DNA of 64,000 nt from Anthoceros angustus. Its lineage: Eukaryota; Plantae; Anthocerotophyta. The DNA lies in the NCBI GenBank assembly GCA_010909165.1, contig VJWM01000239.1, forward strand, positions 197,901 to 261,900, given 5' to 3'. The notes under the pieces were generated by a model that did no database searches, was not told where the DNA came from, and worked only from the letters and a program-made list of their open reading frames with translations. Shown one piece after another: positions 13,791 through 27,705 of this stretch; position 1 is the stretch's first letter; every line of letters starts with the position of its first letter. The position numbers and the translations under genes were made by a program.

Positions 13791-15992
13791 ATGGCTGCGT
13801 CCGAGGACATTGTAAGGGACGGCATAGCTTCTAGGATGGAGCACAATTCGCAGTTTCCTCTACCTCGGCCTTCGATTGGACCGGCTGCAAAGATCAATCC
13901 GTTCACCACCACCTTCAACGACAGTGTGCCGGAGATCATCAAGACAGTTCTCATGCTGCCAATATTTCTACTCCGCGTCATCCTTCTGGTGGTTCTCATC
14001 ATCATCTCATATATCTCAGTGAAGTTGGCGCTGATCGGAGTGAAGGATCCGCTGTTCAAGCCATTTCCTGCCTGGAGAAGAGCCTTGCTTCTGCCCATTA
14101 GGGTATGTGCCCGGGGATGCTTGTTCTGCTTCGGGTTCGTGTGGATCAAGGTGAAGGGCAAGCCTGCGAAACGGGAGCAGGCACCAATAATCGTGTCCAA
14201 CCACATATCTTTCGTGGATCCAGTGTTCGTCTTTTACAGGCATTTGCCTGTGATTGTGAGCGCAAAGGAGAATTTGGAGATGCCAGTGGTGGGAGTGTTT
14301 CTGCACGCCCTTCAGGTGCGTCCTGCCAGAGTTGCTGCTTGATTGCCCTGCTCGGATGATGTTCCAAAGGAGGGATGGGCCTGCTGCACTTACTCCAGTT
14401 CGTGCAAACGCAGATAATACCTGTGGACCGAGTGTCTCCAACGTCAAGGCGAGATGCAGCTGTGCAGATCAAGAAACGAGCAAGGGATAATGCGTGGCCC
14501 CATGTAATGCTGTTTCCTGAAGGGACGACCACAAATGGAAGAGCTGTTGTCAACTTTAAGACGGGGGCATTTGCTACGGGGTTGCCCGTGCAGCCCATGG
14601 CCATAAAGTACCCTCATAAGAACATCAACCCTGCGTGGGCGGATCACAATGTGCTCTATCTCGTTTTTCGTCTCATGACCCAAGTGATCAACTACATGGA
14701 GGTGAGACAGAGTTGGCACGAGCCTTTCTGACTGAAGTTTTGACATGCTTGCTTGCGCCTTCTTTCTTTGTTTCCTTCTTTCCTTCCTTCTTCTGATTGC
14801 ATTTTCCTCCAGGTCATGGTTGGGCTGCTGTGTGGACAGAGTTTTCAGTCTGCTGTTCAAGGGTGTCTAACATGTGTCAGGAAAAGGGAGTTCTCATAGA
14901 AATGTTCAGGTGGAGTATCTTGCAGTCGTTGAACCAACAGTGAAGGAAATGAAGGATCCTCATGAATTTGCTGAAAGAGTCCGAGGAAACGTGGCCAAAT
15001 CACTCAATGTTTCTTGTACAGACCACACGTTTTCAGATGTGAAGTTGGCCACGGCTGCTGCTAAGTTGAACATCCCAGCAGGGCGTTCTTTGGTTGAATT
15101 TGGGCGGATGGAGAAACTTTTCCGTCTAGATTTAGAGTCCGCCAAGCAGTACCTGGAGAAATTCAGCGCCATGGATGTCACCCACAGGTACCGAGCATGC
15201 ATACCCTGGTGGTTTACGATAGAAAGCGTTTTTTTTCGTGTCATGAGGAGGAAGGTACTGACTTGACCAGCATGAGTGTTTTTGGTCGCCAGTGGTTTGC
15301 TCACGGTTGAGGAGTTCCTTGGAGCTCTGGATCTGCCCCTAACACCTTTCACCTTACGAGCGTTCCACCTGTTTGACAAGTCTGAAAAGGGTTACATCAA
15401 TTTCCGGGAGGTACGTTTGCTTTTTATTTGAGAAGTGGCAATGGGTCTTGCAGGTAGTGGGGTCGTGTCTTGATTGCACATGTCAAATGCAGTTTGTTGC
15501 AGGACTAGCTTTCATCTCCAAGCACACTTGTTTCGCGCAAGCCATAAAGGCAGCATTTCATGCTTGCGACGTGGACGGGAACGGGCAGCTTACAAGAGCA
15601 GAGGTGGAGAGAAGTATCCGGAGTATCTTCCCAGATTTCCCAGATAACAAGGTATAGTCGTCCGCCGCTGCTAGTCCACTCGACCTGACCTCGAGCCTAT
15701 TCTGCGGTGTTGACATGTGTGCTTGCCGAAGAGGGAGCATAGCTACCAGCTAGCTTCACAAACATGGTTGAGGGTAGGAAGAAAGGGTGAGTGATCCTGT
15801 GAGGTGGGTTTTGACGTTTTGACTTGATGGCCGCAGATAAGCAACCTGTTCGAGAGCTTGGATATGGACCGTAATGGGTTAATCGAGTGGGATGAATTTC
15901 GGCAGTTCCTGCAAAGAAACCCCGAGTACTTGGTGGTGATCATGTCTGCGAGGCCTGATTTTCTGGAGAACCCTGCAGCTACGTCAAGCTGA
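13791..15992 (+). CDS. LPEAT2: Lysophospholipid acyltransferase LPEAT2/LPCAT-type with C-terminal EF-hands
   Basis: Acyltransferase motifs SNHISFVD, IPVDR, LFPEGTTTNG and FKTGAF; EF-hand loops DKSEKGYINFRE, DVDGNGQLTRAE and DMDRNGLIEWDE. Confidence 0.9.
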
Positions 15993-16819
15993 AGCATAGC
16001 ATCGCACACTGGCGATCCGTTACAAGGAATCCTGGTGGCTTCACTCATGAGAGGGGAGCGTTAGAATGGTGGCACCTATGTAGAATCTTCCCTTGGCCGT
16101 CGCTGTAATGAAAGTGCAACTGACAGTCTGTAGTGGTACCAGACAGCGAGGAGCATGTTGGTCCCCGCCGTTCCGTGTTGTGACTGCTTTTGTAGATTGA
16201 TGGAACATGATGTAGGCAGGAGGTTGTTACGTGGGGACTCTGCCAGTCAGATGAGTGTGGCCATGACAGGCCGAACCTCGGGCAAGCCTTAGGTCAAAGA
16301 TACGACATACCTATGAGTTCCTGTTAGGTGACAGGTTGGAACTACAGTTTCAAGCCTGGAAGTTCTTCCGCCTACCGACCTCCAGCCATACCTATTGTGT
16401 GTCCGCTTTCCATAGCTGGTCACTCACATCAATTGTCTCCACCGCAGTGCAGACGCATAGACTGAAGCTTCAAAGTTCACACCCATCAGACTCAGTGCAC
16501 ATCACGAGATGCGACAGCGTACACGTGCACATGCGAAGCCACGATCGCCGTCATGCACGCATCGAGGCAGCTGGAGGCCCCTGGGTTAGAGGAGTCGCAG
16601 CCGGGAAGAGGCCAGGGCCCAACGGGAACTCCTGTCATTCTTCGCAGGAGATTGGGTCACTCAGATTCCCATATCGATTCACCCTTGGACTGTGAGTCCT
16701 AATGCGCAGACATAAAAAAATGCAACTGGAACAAGTGAAGCGGATAGAATCCATCATGGCCAGCCATCGGGATTCCTGCCAGATCCAAGGCTGCCCGGAA
16801 AGATCCAGGCAAGCTGGTC

Positions 16820-17630
16820 CCTACGCTACCCTACCCTACCCTACCCAACCCAACCCTACCACAAATTGCAAATTGCACATTGCACATTGCATTGTAAATG
16901 GAAAGATTCCGGGTGCAGGTTGGCCCCATCGGCCCCAGGGCACAGGCCTGCCCAAAAGAGGCTTTCCCCTGGCCTGGCCGGCACGCAACGCCCTGCAGGG
17001 CCTGCAGCACTACCGGGCCCCGGCCCTACCGTCTTCTGGACCGTACTGGTTTATCTGGTGTGCGCAGAAAGGGAGACGGTGATGAGACTGTGTGCTGCAG
17101 CAGGCCCACAGTCCTACCAGGCCTATCCCCACCACATCCGATTCCTGAATCCTCCATCCTCCATCCTCCATCCTGAATCCCGAATCCTGAATTCCCTTAC
17201 AAGTCATGGCAGGCTACAAATCGTGAATCTCGTGGTCAAATCCAGATTTGGGGAAAAGCAGTGGAGGCATTGTACAATGTATGTGTGCATACATTTGCTG
17301 CTTCCCTTTCCAGCATGCAAGCCAGGAATTGGAAAGCAAAAATCCGTGTGCTGTGATTTCACAGCATCCCTCTGTGTCCCTCTTGCTGTGTCAAGTGCCA
17401 ACTGGTCGGCAAGTGGACGCCCTGCCCTTGCCCTTGCCCCTGTCCACATGCACTGCATCCGGTCTCGCTCGCCCGTTCCCACTGCGCGCAAATATAGCCT
17501 CTCCCTGCCTAATTATATCCCGGTCCCCATCCGACGGTGACAGCTGAAGCTGGCCCCACCGCCCGCCCGCCCGGGCCGCCCTGGCCCCGCCTGGCCCGCC
17601 CTGGCCCGGCCTGGCCCGCCCTGCTCCCTG
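16820..17630. repeat. Cluster of short simple repeats ((CTACC)n, (CATCCTC)n, (GGCCC)n-like)
   Basis: Visible at about 16820-16860, 17150-17175 and 17560-17625. Confidence 0.6.
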
Positions 17631-19097
17631 CTCCTGAGCTAACTGGTCAGCTAGTAGTAACCTGCTCACTAACTTAGACTGTAATAAAAAAATATAAATT
17701 TTTAAAAATAGTTTCAGAGAATTCAAAGACTTCATATCAATATTTCGAAGTATACATCGAAATCCCGCACCGGGAGTTTAACATGGAGTAACCCCATAGG
17801 CCACTAATAACTGCCGTCCCCAGGGTACTAACTGGCGTAGGGCACTGAGTACATATATGAACTCAAGTGTACGAAGACAAGGGAATGAATAGTACCCCAT
17901 CCCAGTAATGATTCATCCCAAGGATGCTCGAAGGGAGGACATTTCTTAAATGTGAATAAAAAATGATAAGATTATTCCAACAATTAAATGACCAAGAATG
18001 GGTTTTTGTTGGTGCTTGCTGCTTGGTGGTAGAGTTGGTTCGAGTGTGGATTTCACAGCGGTGGCTTCCGAGGATGCGGTAAACGAAGAGCTCCCAGTCC
18101 CCATCACATTTACATGCTACGTCCTAATAAAGGAGCGTGCTAAAAGGAGTTAATTTCGGCCAACGCAGAGGCAGGCTGCAGGTACAGTGTGAACGGGGGC
18201 TGCATCCGGTCGCGTTTCTCTGACGTACTTATGCGCCGGCCTGCCTGCCTCCCCCAAGTACAGCACAGCACAGCGCAGCACGGCGCTGAGGAGTTGACTC
18301 CACAAACGCCTTTTTCCCCTGGAGGGCCGGGGCCCGGACTCGGATTCCAGCGTCTCGCCACTCGCCACGCTCGCTTTCCCTCTCCCTCGAGGAGCCTGCT
18401 GCCTCAGACCCTCGGACGCAAGCTTGCGTCATCGCAGATTCCCCTTGCCGGGCCGGGCCGGGCCGGCGCCTCACGCCTCACGCCTCACGCCGGACGCCAG
18501 TGAGACGCGAATCGCACTTCCTGGCCAGGCGCCTTGGCCCTTGGCCTGGATTGGTGTGAGCTGCGCGCAGGTCAGGACTCGAGTCTGCCCTGCCGCATTT
18601 GTTTAATGTTTCCCGTTCCGGCATGCCTGCTTTCGTTACAGCAAAGCCGGCTTTCCCTTGGATTTGGTAGTTGGAGTTAGGACCTCGGGCTGCCCGTATC
18701 TGCATGCGTCCTATGCTTCCACCTCTAGCTACCTCGCTGCATGTGTGCGTGTGATCATCGTACTCCACCGGCCCCGGCTTGGCTTCCTCCATGTCCGGGG
18801 CACGGAATTCGGGAATCCCAGCCCCTGGGAAGGAGATTCCTGGATTCCCTGCCCCTGCCGTGCCCCACGGAGGCCGATCGTGTGCTTGGCCTCTAGTCGA
18901 TTTCTTGGCGGAGGCAGAGGGGCTGTGGATTTTCAGTGCATCGAGGTTTTGGAGTTTGTGCTTGGTTTGAGGCAAATGGCGTGCTGCGGGGTTCGAGGAA
19001 GCACGGGAGCACGTGACATTGTGTTGACGACGTGTTTTCGAATTTTGATGTTGATGCCATTGCAGATCACTTGTGTATACGGGGCGAGGTTTAAGAC

Positions 19098-22000
19098 ATG
19101 GCAGGGACTACTGAGCATCCTGGGGAAGAGGTGCCCGCCGCCCTTGGGCCGGGGGAAACCGTTCCGTTTGTGCATAAAGTCGGGATTCCGCCTAAGCAGG
19201 GGCTGCTCAAGGAGATCAGGATTGGGGTGACCGAGACCTTCTTTTCGGATGATCCTTTCCGGCCTTTCAAGACGCAGAAGAACAGGAACAAGTTTCTGCT
19301 GCTGCTCGAGTTTCTCTTCCCTATTCTGGAATGGGGACGCAATTACGACTTCAGGAAGATGTTGAAGGGGGATATTATTGCAGGATTGACCATCGCCAGT
19401 CTTGCTGTGCCCCAGGTGCGTGAATTGCGTATCTCTTCTGCCTCTTGCAATTGGTAAATTGGAATTGCTTCTGTGAGTGGGGGGATTTTTTTTTTGGATT
19501 GGATGCATGCTGCTTACCTGCTGCCGTTTGCAAATCAGGATCTCGGCTACGCCAAGCTGGCCAATCTGCCTGTCGTGAATGGACTCTGTAAGTTGTCCCC
19601 AAGTTGGATGAATTCCGTTTGCCCGTGACAATGCTCCGTGTCTCACGAGTCCAAACATTTGTGGGATATGGTACAGATTCCAGTTTCGTGCCTCCCTTGG
19701 TCTATGCGGCCCTTGGGAGTTCCAGGGATGTTGCCATCGGCCCTGTGGCCGTGGTGTCTCTTCTGCTTGGAACGCTGCTTAAGGATTCCATTCCGAACAC
19801 CAAGTCTCACGCGTACTATCAACTGGCACTCACCTCCACTTTCTTTGCCGGTGTTATACAGGCGGCTCTGGGGATTGCCAGGTAAATTCATTCCCGCTTA
19901 CATCTTCTGAAAATCGATCTGTCTGGCTTCCATGTCAGACCAGTTGTTGAATGGGCCCGGGATGTCGCAACCTGTTTGCAGACTGGGATTCATCATCGAC
20001 TTCCTGTCCCATCCTTCCATTGTGGGTTTTATGGCTGGTGCCGCTGTCACCATTGCTCTGCAGCAACTGAAGGGTTTCTTGGGTATCCAGAAGGGGTTCA
20101 CAACTAAGACAGATGTTGTCTCAGTAATCCGTTCTGTTATCGACCACCATGAGCAGGTGTGTATGTGAAGCCTCATGTTTAAACATGTTTCAATTTCAAC
20201 TCTCTTGCTTGTGTGCCACTTGACATACTGTAATGGGTCCTGAGTCAGGTGAGAGACAGCTGGCGGACGATTCTTATTGGAATTGTGCTCATCGGATATC
20301 TGCTTTTAGCTCGGTACATTGTAAGTGACCATGATTCAGATCCTCTGGGGCTTTTGCTTGCAGCAGTTTCACGATTTCTGACGATTTGGCCAGTTTGCTG
20401 ACTACTCCTTTTTTGCATTCCATGCAGTCAAAGAAGAACAAGAAACTCTTCTTCGTTTCCGCAACTGGCCCTCTACTTGTTGTCATCTTCTCAACCTTAT
20501 TTGTGTACCTTACCAAGCTGAACAGGCATAATGTGGCCATCGTAAGTTTCTACTTGTGGGTTTCTGCATCTGCAATACATACTTCACTTGCTGCCTATGT
20601 GTGGCACATGATGCCCATCCATTGTTTACGTAAAAGAGGTTGTAAATTCTTGCACAGGTGGGCTTTTTTCCAAAGGGAGTCAATCCTTCCTCAATTCACG
20701 AGCTCCAATTTAGTGGCAGAATACTCAGGGAAGGTGCCAAGATTGGGTTGGTCGCTGGCTTGGTTGCAATTACCGTAAGCTAGCTTTGCCCACATCTAGC
20801 TCTCTGGCACGCATGTTCCAGTTTCTTTTAAATTTTCACAGAGAAGGTGGCTAGCGTCACGTGCTTTGGTCAAAATCAACCTTCGGAACCTGACCAGTTT
20901 TCGATCCCTTGCGCAGGAAGGTATTGCCATTGGAAGAACATTTGCAGCACTAAAGGATTACCACATAGATGGAAACAAGGAGTTTGTGGCGTATGGGCTG
21001 ATGAACGTCGCAGGATCTTTGACCTCTTGCTACGTGGCGACAGGTAACATCCACGGGTTTTATTTTCATTTCACTGCTTGCACATACATTGTTACGCTAG
21101 GATATCAAGGATGAGGATGAGGAGTTGTAATCCCCGGTGTCGACTACAGGTTCATTTTCTCGCTCTGCGGTCAACTACAGAGCCGGAGTGCACACCGCCC
21201 TCTCAAATATTGTGATGGCTTTGGTTGTGTTGTTTACGCTTCTCGTGTTGACACCTCTGTTCAAGTACACTCCGTCGGTGGCACTTTCTGCCGTTATTAT
21301 TACCGCTGTCCTCAGTCTTATAGACATCGAGGCAGCAATTCTTATCTTCAAAACAGACAAGATTGACTTCATCACTCTCTTGGGTGCTTTCTTTGGGGTG
21401 TTCTTCGTGTCGGTTGAGATTGGTCTTCTTGTTGCTGTAAGTTCACTTTTCTTCTCACTTTCATTGTGTGTATAGCTGTGTGCATGTGCACCACGAGTGT
21501 CTGTGTGCATGAGCATTTTTCCGGACTGAGCATACTTAGGAATGAGTCTTTGTACTGTGATTGCAGGTCATCATCTCTTTTGCCAAACTTCTGCTCCATG
21601 TGACGAGGCCACACACTGCACTTTTGGGAAATCTCCCAGGCACTAATGTATACCGCAGTGTGCATCAATACCCTGAAGCACTTACGAGTCCTGGCATTGT
21701 TGCGCTTCGTATAGATGCTGCAGTCTACTTCTCAAATTCGAACTACATTCGAGAAAGGTAAGCCTTTTCTTGTAGAATCTATGTGGAACCTTTAATATCG
21801 TCAGCGATACGATGTGGGTATTTACCCACGTGGTTACGGATATGCAGGATCTTGAGATGGGTAACTGATGCCCAAGACGAGGTTGCAAAGAGTGGAGGCT
21901 TGAAGATTCAGTTTGTGGTTGTCGATCTCTCCCGTAAGCTACCATATGTACCCAAAGCGTCTGTAAACTTCAGTTTGTGAAAGTGCGAGGCCCTGTATAT

Positions 22001-22359
22001 GATGTCGGTGTGGTCTGTTGGATGTGCAGCTGTGATGAGCATTGATACGACAGGCATTCATGCCTTTGAGGAGCTAGATGGAGCTCTCAAGAAGCGAGGA
22101 ATTCAGGTACACACACGTGACAAACCCTCGGCTTTTCATGTGCCCGAGACTCGCTGTAAGACTGAACGTACATCAATCTGGTTGTCCTGCGCAGCTGGCT
22201 CTATCAAACCCAGGAGCAGCAGTGCTGGAGAAGTTTTATGCAGGGAACTTTGTCCAACATCTTGGGCGGGAATGGTTCTTCCTCACAGTGGCCGAAGCCG
22301 TCCAAGTCACACAAGCTCTCCTGAAGCACGACGGATCCGTCCACGAAGGGAAAGCGTAA
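19098..22359 (+). CDS. SULTR: Sulfate transporter (SULTR/SLC26, STAS domain), copy A
   Basis: ETFFSDDPF, GDIIAGLTIASLAVPQ, LGSSRDVAIGPVAVVSLL, DGNKEFVAYG, TGSFSRSAVN, TRPHTALLGNLPGT, YFSNSNYIRER and IDTTGI. Confidence 0.95.
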
Positions 22360-23781
22360 CACGTGTGTGGGAATTGAATGTGTTTGATTCTTTGATTATT
22401 TTGGGAGGTGATCATCCTTCATCACCGTCATATTGATTGCGCGAAGACTACCCTACCCATACTTGGCGTGAGAAACCATGTGTGAGAGGTTGCGGTCAGG
22501 CACATTTGCCTGGCACTGTACCCGCTTTTTATCATTAATAAAGTTCGTGCCATTCAGTCCAGTCATGCGTCCAGGCCGATGACATGTTGGAAGGCAAGCA
22601 ACTGTTTCCGATCGATCCAGGCCCATGTTATGCAAATGTGGCTGCGCATGGGCAGCTCGCAATCCAATGTCTATGCTCTCGATGTAAAGATCATAATCAG
22701 CGTTGAATAACGGCGCTGACGGAGTCCGAGACGACAGACCTAATAAGATGAAATTCCGAGCTCCAAGGAAGTCCAGTGTCCAGTCCTTCAACGAGCACGA
22801 TTGGCAACAACAGGAGGCACAGCCCGGCGAGGATCCGGGATCCGGCTGACACAAGAAAGAACATTAAATATTGTACCAGTTGCCGGAGTTTGCAACCCTG
22901 GCCGATTCAAGATAAACATAAACACATACACGATGCTGCAGCTTGCGGGCCTCACAAGCAGGTGCCAGCTCGCACGCCAGGGAATCAGAGCGCGAGGGAG
23001 GCGCGGGAGGCGCGGGAATCGGAAGCCTCCGCCAGGCGCAAGGGGGGAGCCGGAAGCAAGCCTGACACAGCGACACCTCCAAGGAAGCTGGAGTCTATCC
23101 CTTGTCCTGGCGCGTTTAAGCGAGCTGGAGGTCTGGCTGCAGGTGCAGGGAGGAGATGGCGTGGGCTGCCAATTACTTGTTGCACCGGATATGATCTGGT
23201 TCCTGGGCACAGGAAGTGGGAACAGGGTAAGGGACGGCCACGGCGCTCGCAAATCCCCTAGGGTGAGATTCCACATCAAAATGTCAGTGGTGAAGGCTAC
23301 TGTAGAGGTGGGGGCCATGGACGGCGCTTGAGGCCAGGCAGGCGCGAGGCCGGAGGCTAGCTTTTGGTTGGTCCCGAAGGTGGCAGTGTGGCAGGGTGTA
23401 TCTTCTCTACGCCCACACCCACTCCCCGGTGATTAGAGAGCATGCGGCGAGGTGACGGGAGTAGGCCGGCTGACGCCACCTTTTTGTCCTTGTGGGGGCC
23501 CCTCTGTCCTGACACGCGGGTCGTGCAGCTGCATTATTCTAATCAATTCTGGCCCCTCAATTCTGGAGGTGCATGAATCTCCTCCCGCAACATGCGCTCG
23601 CACCGCTTTCCAGCTCTCTCCAACGCCTGGCTTCCTGAAGGCGAGAATCGGATCGGCTGGTAGAGTTGGGTATATAACTCAATGTCAGCTCCGGTTCCCA
23701 GTACGCTCGCCCTGGGTGGAGGATCACTTAGAATCGGTATTGGCGCCCTGCGCACCCTGCGGCTCGGGTGGGTAGAGGAAG

Positions 23782-26700
23782 ATGGCGGGCGACGGGGTTG
23801 GGAAGGTGCAGCACCAGCCATCTCCTGATGCCACAGGGTCCAGCCCGGGGGATGCTGTGCCCAACGTCCACAAGGTGGCTGTTGCACCCAAGGCCGGGAT
23901 CCTGGACGAAATTAAGACCAGCGTGAACGAGACCTTCTTCCCCGATGATCCCTTCAGGCAGTTCAAGACTCCTAACAGCAGGAACAAGGTGCTCCTGCTG
24001 TTGGAATACCTCTTCCCTATTTTGGAATGGGGGCGGACCTACCAGCTCAAGTGGCTCAGGGGGGATATCATCGCAGGATTGACCATTGCCAGTCTTGCTG
24101 TTCCTCAGGTGAGTTTGCTCGCTTGCAAGAGCTTTAGAATTTCTGGTCCCATGTGAATCTCGCTTCAGTCGAATGCAAGCTTACAAGTTGCATCCGTGTG
24201 CAGGACCTGGGATATGCCAAGCTTGCCCACCTTCCTCTGCAGCATGGACTTTGTGAGTAGTGGTGCCCCCCAGGGCTCCTTACCTGCCTGTGAATCTTGA
24301 GATTCTTCTTGCCGGGCAGAGTTTGTTATGAATCCTTGTGGCAAACGAGTGACTTGAGGTCGCTGGATTGGCAGATTCGAGCTTTGTGCCTCCCCTTATA
24401 TATGCGGTGCTGGGAAGCTCCCGGGATGTGGCCATTGGGCCTGTGGCTGTGGTTTCCCTGCTGCTGGGAACACTTCTTAGCGACGAGTACAGTCCCACTA
24501 AGCAGCCCAAGCTGTACTTGGAGCTCGCCATCACAAGTACTTTCTTTGCGGGTGTCATTCAGGCCGCCCTGGGGATACTCAGGTGAGAGAGCCCCCAAGC
24601 CTTGCATGCTCTCAGCCTACGGAGGAGCGGTACTTGCAGGCCTAACAATTGACCGCTCCTTGCTGTACACAACCCTTGCAGGCTTGGTTTCATCATCGAT
24701 TTCCTGTCACACGCTGCGGTGGTCGGGTTCATGGGTGGTGCAGCGATCACCATAGCTCTGCAGCAATTGAAGGGCTTCCTCAACATCACCAAAAATTTCA
24801 CCACCAAGACAGACATCGTGTCCGTCTTGCGCTCCGTCTTCACGCACACCAACCAGGTGAGCGTGCTCCTGATCGGCCTTTCTCCTTTACCTCAGGGGGT
24901 TATGGTCTTGAGAGGATGCTTTGGCACAGCGCAAGGTTCTGAAATTGCGCAAAATGTGCAATGTGCAGTGGAACTACCGCACCATTCTCCTTGGGCTCGT
25001 CTTCATGGCCTACTTGATCATATCCAAATTCATTGTAAGCTATGGAGCATTGTTTTCAACGCCGCACTTCACCACCTCTTGCCGCAGGTACCCCCTTCTT
25101 GGAATCGTTAACTGAATCTCATCTTCGCCGTGGACGGATCTCTGCAGTCCAAGAGGAAGAAGAGCCTGTTCTGGGTTGCCGCCATCGCTCCTCTCGTCAC
25201 CGTCATCCTGACGACGCTATTTGTTTTTGTCACAAGACTGGACAAGCACGGAGTCAATATTGTGAGTCCTCGACGCAAAGCCTTTGCGTGCATACGCAGA
25301 CGGGTCCAGGACGGGTGACTCGATCACCAGCTCTGCTTGCATGTCCTTGACGCGGCGTGAGTCGTGACTCTTTGTTTCCCGCATCGCAGGTGGGCCATAT
25401 TAGAAAGGGCGTCAATCCGTCGTCTGTAGACCAGATTCACTTCAGCGGGAAGCTCCTGAAGCAAGGCCTGAAGATTGGAATTGTCGCCGGGTTGATCGCA
25501 ATTACTGTAAGTGGTTCACTGTTTGCAAATAATCAGCTAGTTGTCCAGATGGTTTGCAGTGTGTGCACTGTGCAATGCTGGAACGAGTCGTGAATCGGAG
25601 ATGAGACTCTAACGCCGTCATGTGAGATGGGTGCTGCAGGAAGCTATAGCAATTGGACGAACTTTCGCTGCGCTGAAGGATTATCATGTGGATGGAAACA
25701 AAGAGTTTGTGGCCTACGGGCTCATGAACATCGCAGGGTCGTTGAGTTCCTGCTATGTCTCAACAGGCAAGTTTCGGGCTGACGAGAGCTGTTCAGTCTG
25801 TGAAGCTCCTCTTGTGAGCATGTCGAATGACGTTTTCTGGGTTTTTGTGTTCCAGGTTCTTTCTCTCGGTCAGCTGTCAACTACAATGCTGGAGTGAACA
25901 CCGCACTTTCCAACATTGTGATGTCCGTCGTTGTGCTTTTGACGCTGGTGGTCCTCACACCGTTGTTCCACTACGCCCCATCGGTTGCGCTTTCCGTCAT
26001 CATCATCACAGCCGTCCTCACGCTTGTGGACATCCCAGCGGCAATTCTCATCTTTAAAACAGATAAGTTCGACTTCATCACGACTTTGGGAGCTTTCTTC
26101 GGCACTCTGTTCGTTTCGGTGGAGATCGGTCTTCTCATCGCGGTATGTGCTGCAGATTCTTGTTGCTGGTTTTTCCCTGCATTACATGACGAGACCAGGT
26201 GTGCGAAGCTGTAGCACCTGACAGACTGGATGTGCTGTTGCTTGCAGGTCTGCTTGTCCTTTGCCAAGGTGTTGTTGCATGTTACCAGGCCCCACACTGC
26301 TCTTCTGGGGAACCTCCCAGGCACTAGTGTGTACCGCAATGTTCTTCAATACCCTGATGCAAACACAACCCCAGGAATCGTTGTCATCCGTGTGGATGCG
26401 GCCATCTACTTCGCAAATTCCAACTACATTCGAGAGAGGTAGATGCTTGTCCTCGTTCCTTCTACTTAGCGTAGCACAGGCGTGAAGGTGCATGAAGTAA
26501 GCATGACTGTTTGGTGGAATTCTTTGCAGGATCTTGAGATGGGTGACTGACGCACAGGATAGAGCGACTCAAACCGGGTCTTTGAAGATCCAATATTTAG
26601 TTGTCGACCTCTCCCGTAAGCCGCCAATCTTGCACAGCTTCCGAGGGTCTGTTTGTCCTGCTTGACGAGAGGGAGCAGGCAAAATTGTTTTTTGGGTTTT

Positions 26701-27140
26701 TAGTGTGAAGGAGAATTTTATTTAAGTCCACTAGGGACTAAAATAAAATTAAAGCATTTGTTCGGTGATTATTCACTTTTTTCGACTTTGGGTTTGTAAT
26801 CTGCAGCTGTGATGAGCATAGATACAACTGGTATTCATGCTTTTGAGGAACTGGACTCAGCCCTAAAGAAGCGAGGGATTCAGGTATCTTTCGTCATGGT
26901 GGACAAAGTAGTCATTAAGATAGTCTTTGTTGTAATCCACAGATCCTGATGGCATGTTGCAAACGTGTGAAACAGTTGGCGCTATCAAATCCAGGATCGG
27001 TGGTTCTACATAAGCTTATTGCTGGAGAATTCGTGAAACGGCTGGGCCAGGAGTGGTTTTTCCTCACTGTTGGGGAAGCTGTCCAGGTCACCCAAGCTCT
27101 TTTGAAGAACGAGTACTTGGAAGAAGGAAAGGTTGTGTAA
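23782..27140 (+). CDS. SULTR: Sulfate transporter (SULTR/SLC26, STAS domain), copy B
   Basis: Same motifs and intron positions as copy A; ends WFFLTVGEAVQVTQALLKNEYLEEGKVV*. Confidence 0.95.
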
Positions 27141-27705
27141 AATAAACGCGAAGAGAAGTGGAGAGTAGGCGGTTAACAGGCAGGCGTTTGCGTGTATATT
27201 TTATTGCATCACGATTGGTAGTCTTCAACATCTTTTAGCCGTCTTCAACATCAACGGCCGTTTGAAGCAGCGAGCTACCAGGTGATAAAGCTTGAAGACC
27301 ATCCATCATGTGAGCTCAGCTGAGTCTAGCTGATCTATTCATAGGCAGTGTACAAATAAGTTAGTTTTTCAAGGGTGAATAATAGTTTCTGGCCACCGAG
27401 TGTATCAGTATGTAACGGATTTACTCTCAAGAAAATTGAATCCGACCACCTGTATCCTTACATTTGAATAACTTTACAGTGTTATTGTCATCTCCAACAG
27501 TTGTACCCATGAATAAAATGTCATCACCTTTCAGTTGTTCTATGTCTGCATCCTCCTGAACAATTCCCTTCAAATTGCGTGAAAATTTTGAAAATGCGTA
27601 TGCAATAAATAACCTGCAGGTATGAAGATACTTTGTGAAGGGAATTGACATGGTCAGCTTTTCAGTTTACAGCTCCAGGTTCAGTTTCTGAGTTCCCTGC
27701 TAGCA

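Noticed and set aside
22453-23331. Overlapping 130-176 aa ORFs between the two SULTR genes
   Set aside because: Open on both strands, low complexity, and no motif or splice support.
23573-23580. ATGAATCT matching an EIL/SLIM1-type site upstream of SULTR B; scattered GAGAC SURE cores
   Set aside because: Short motifs expected by chance, with no matching arrangement upstream of copy A. I also found no convincing miR395 site.
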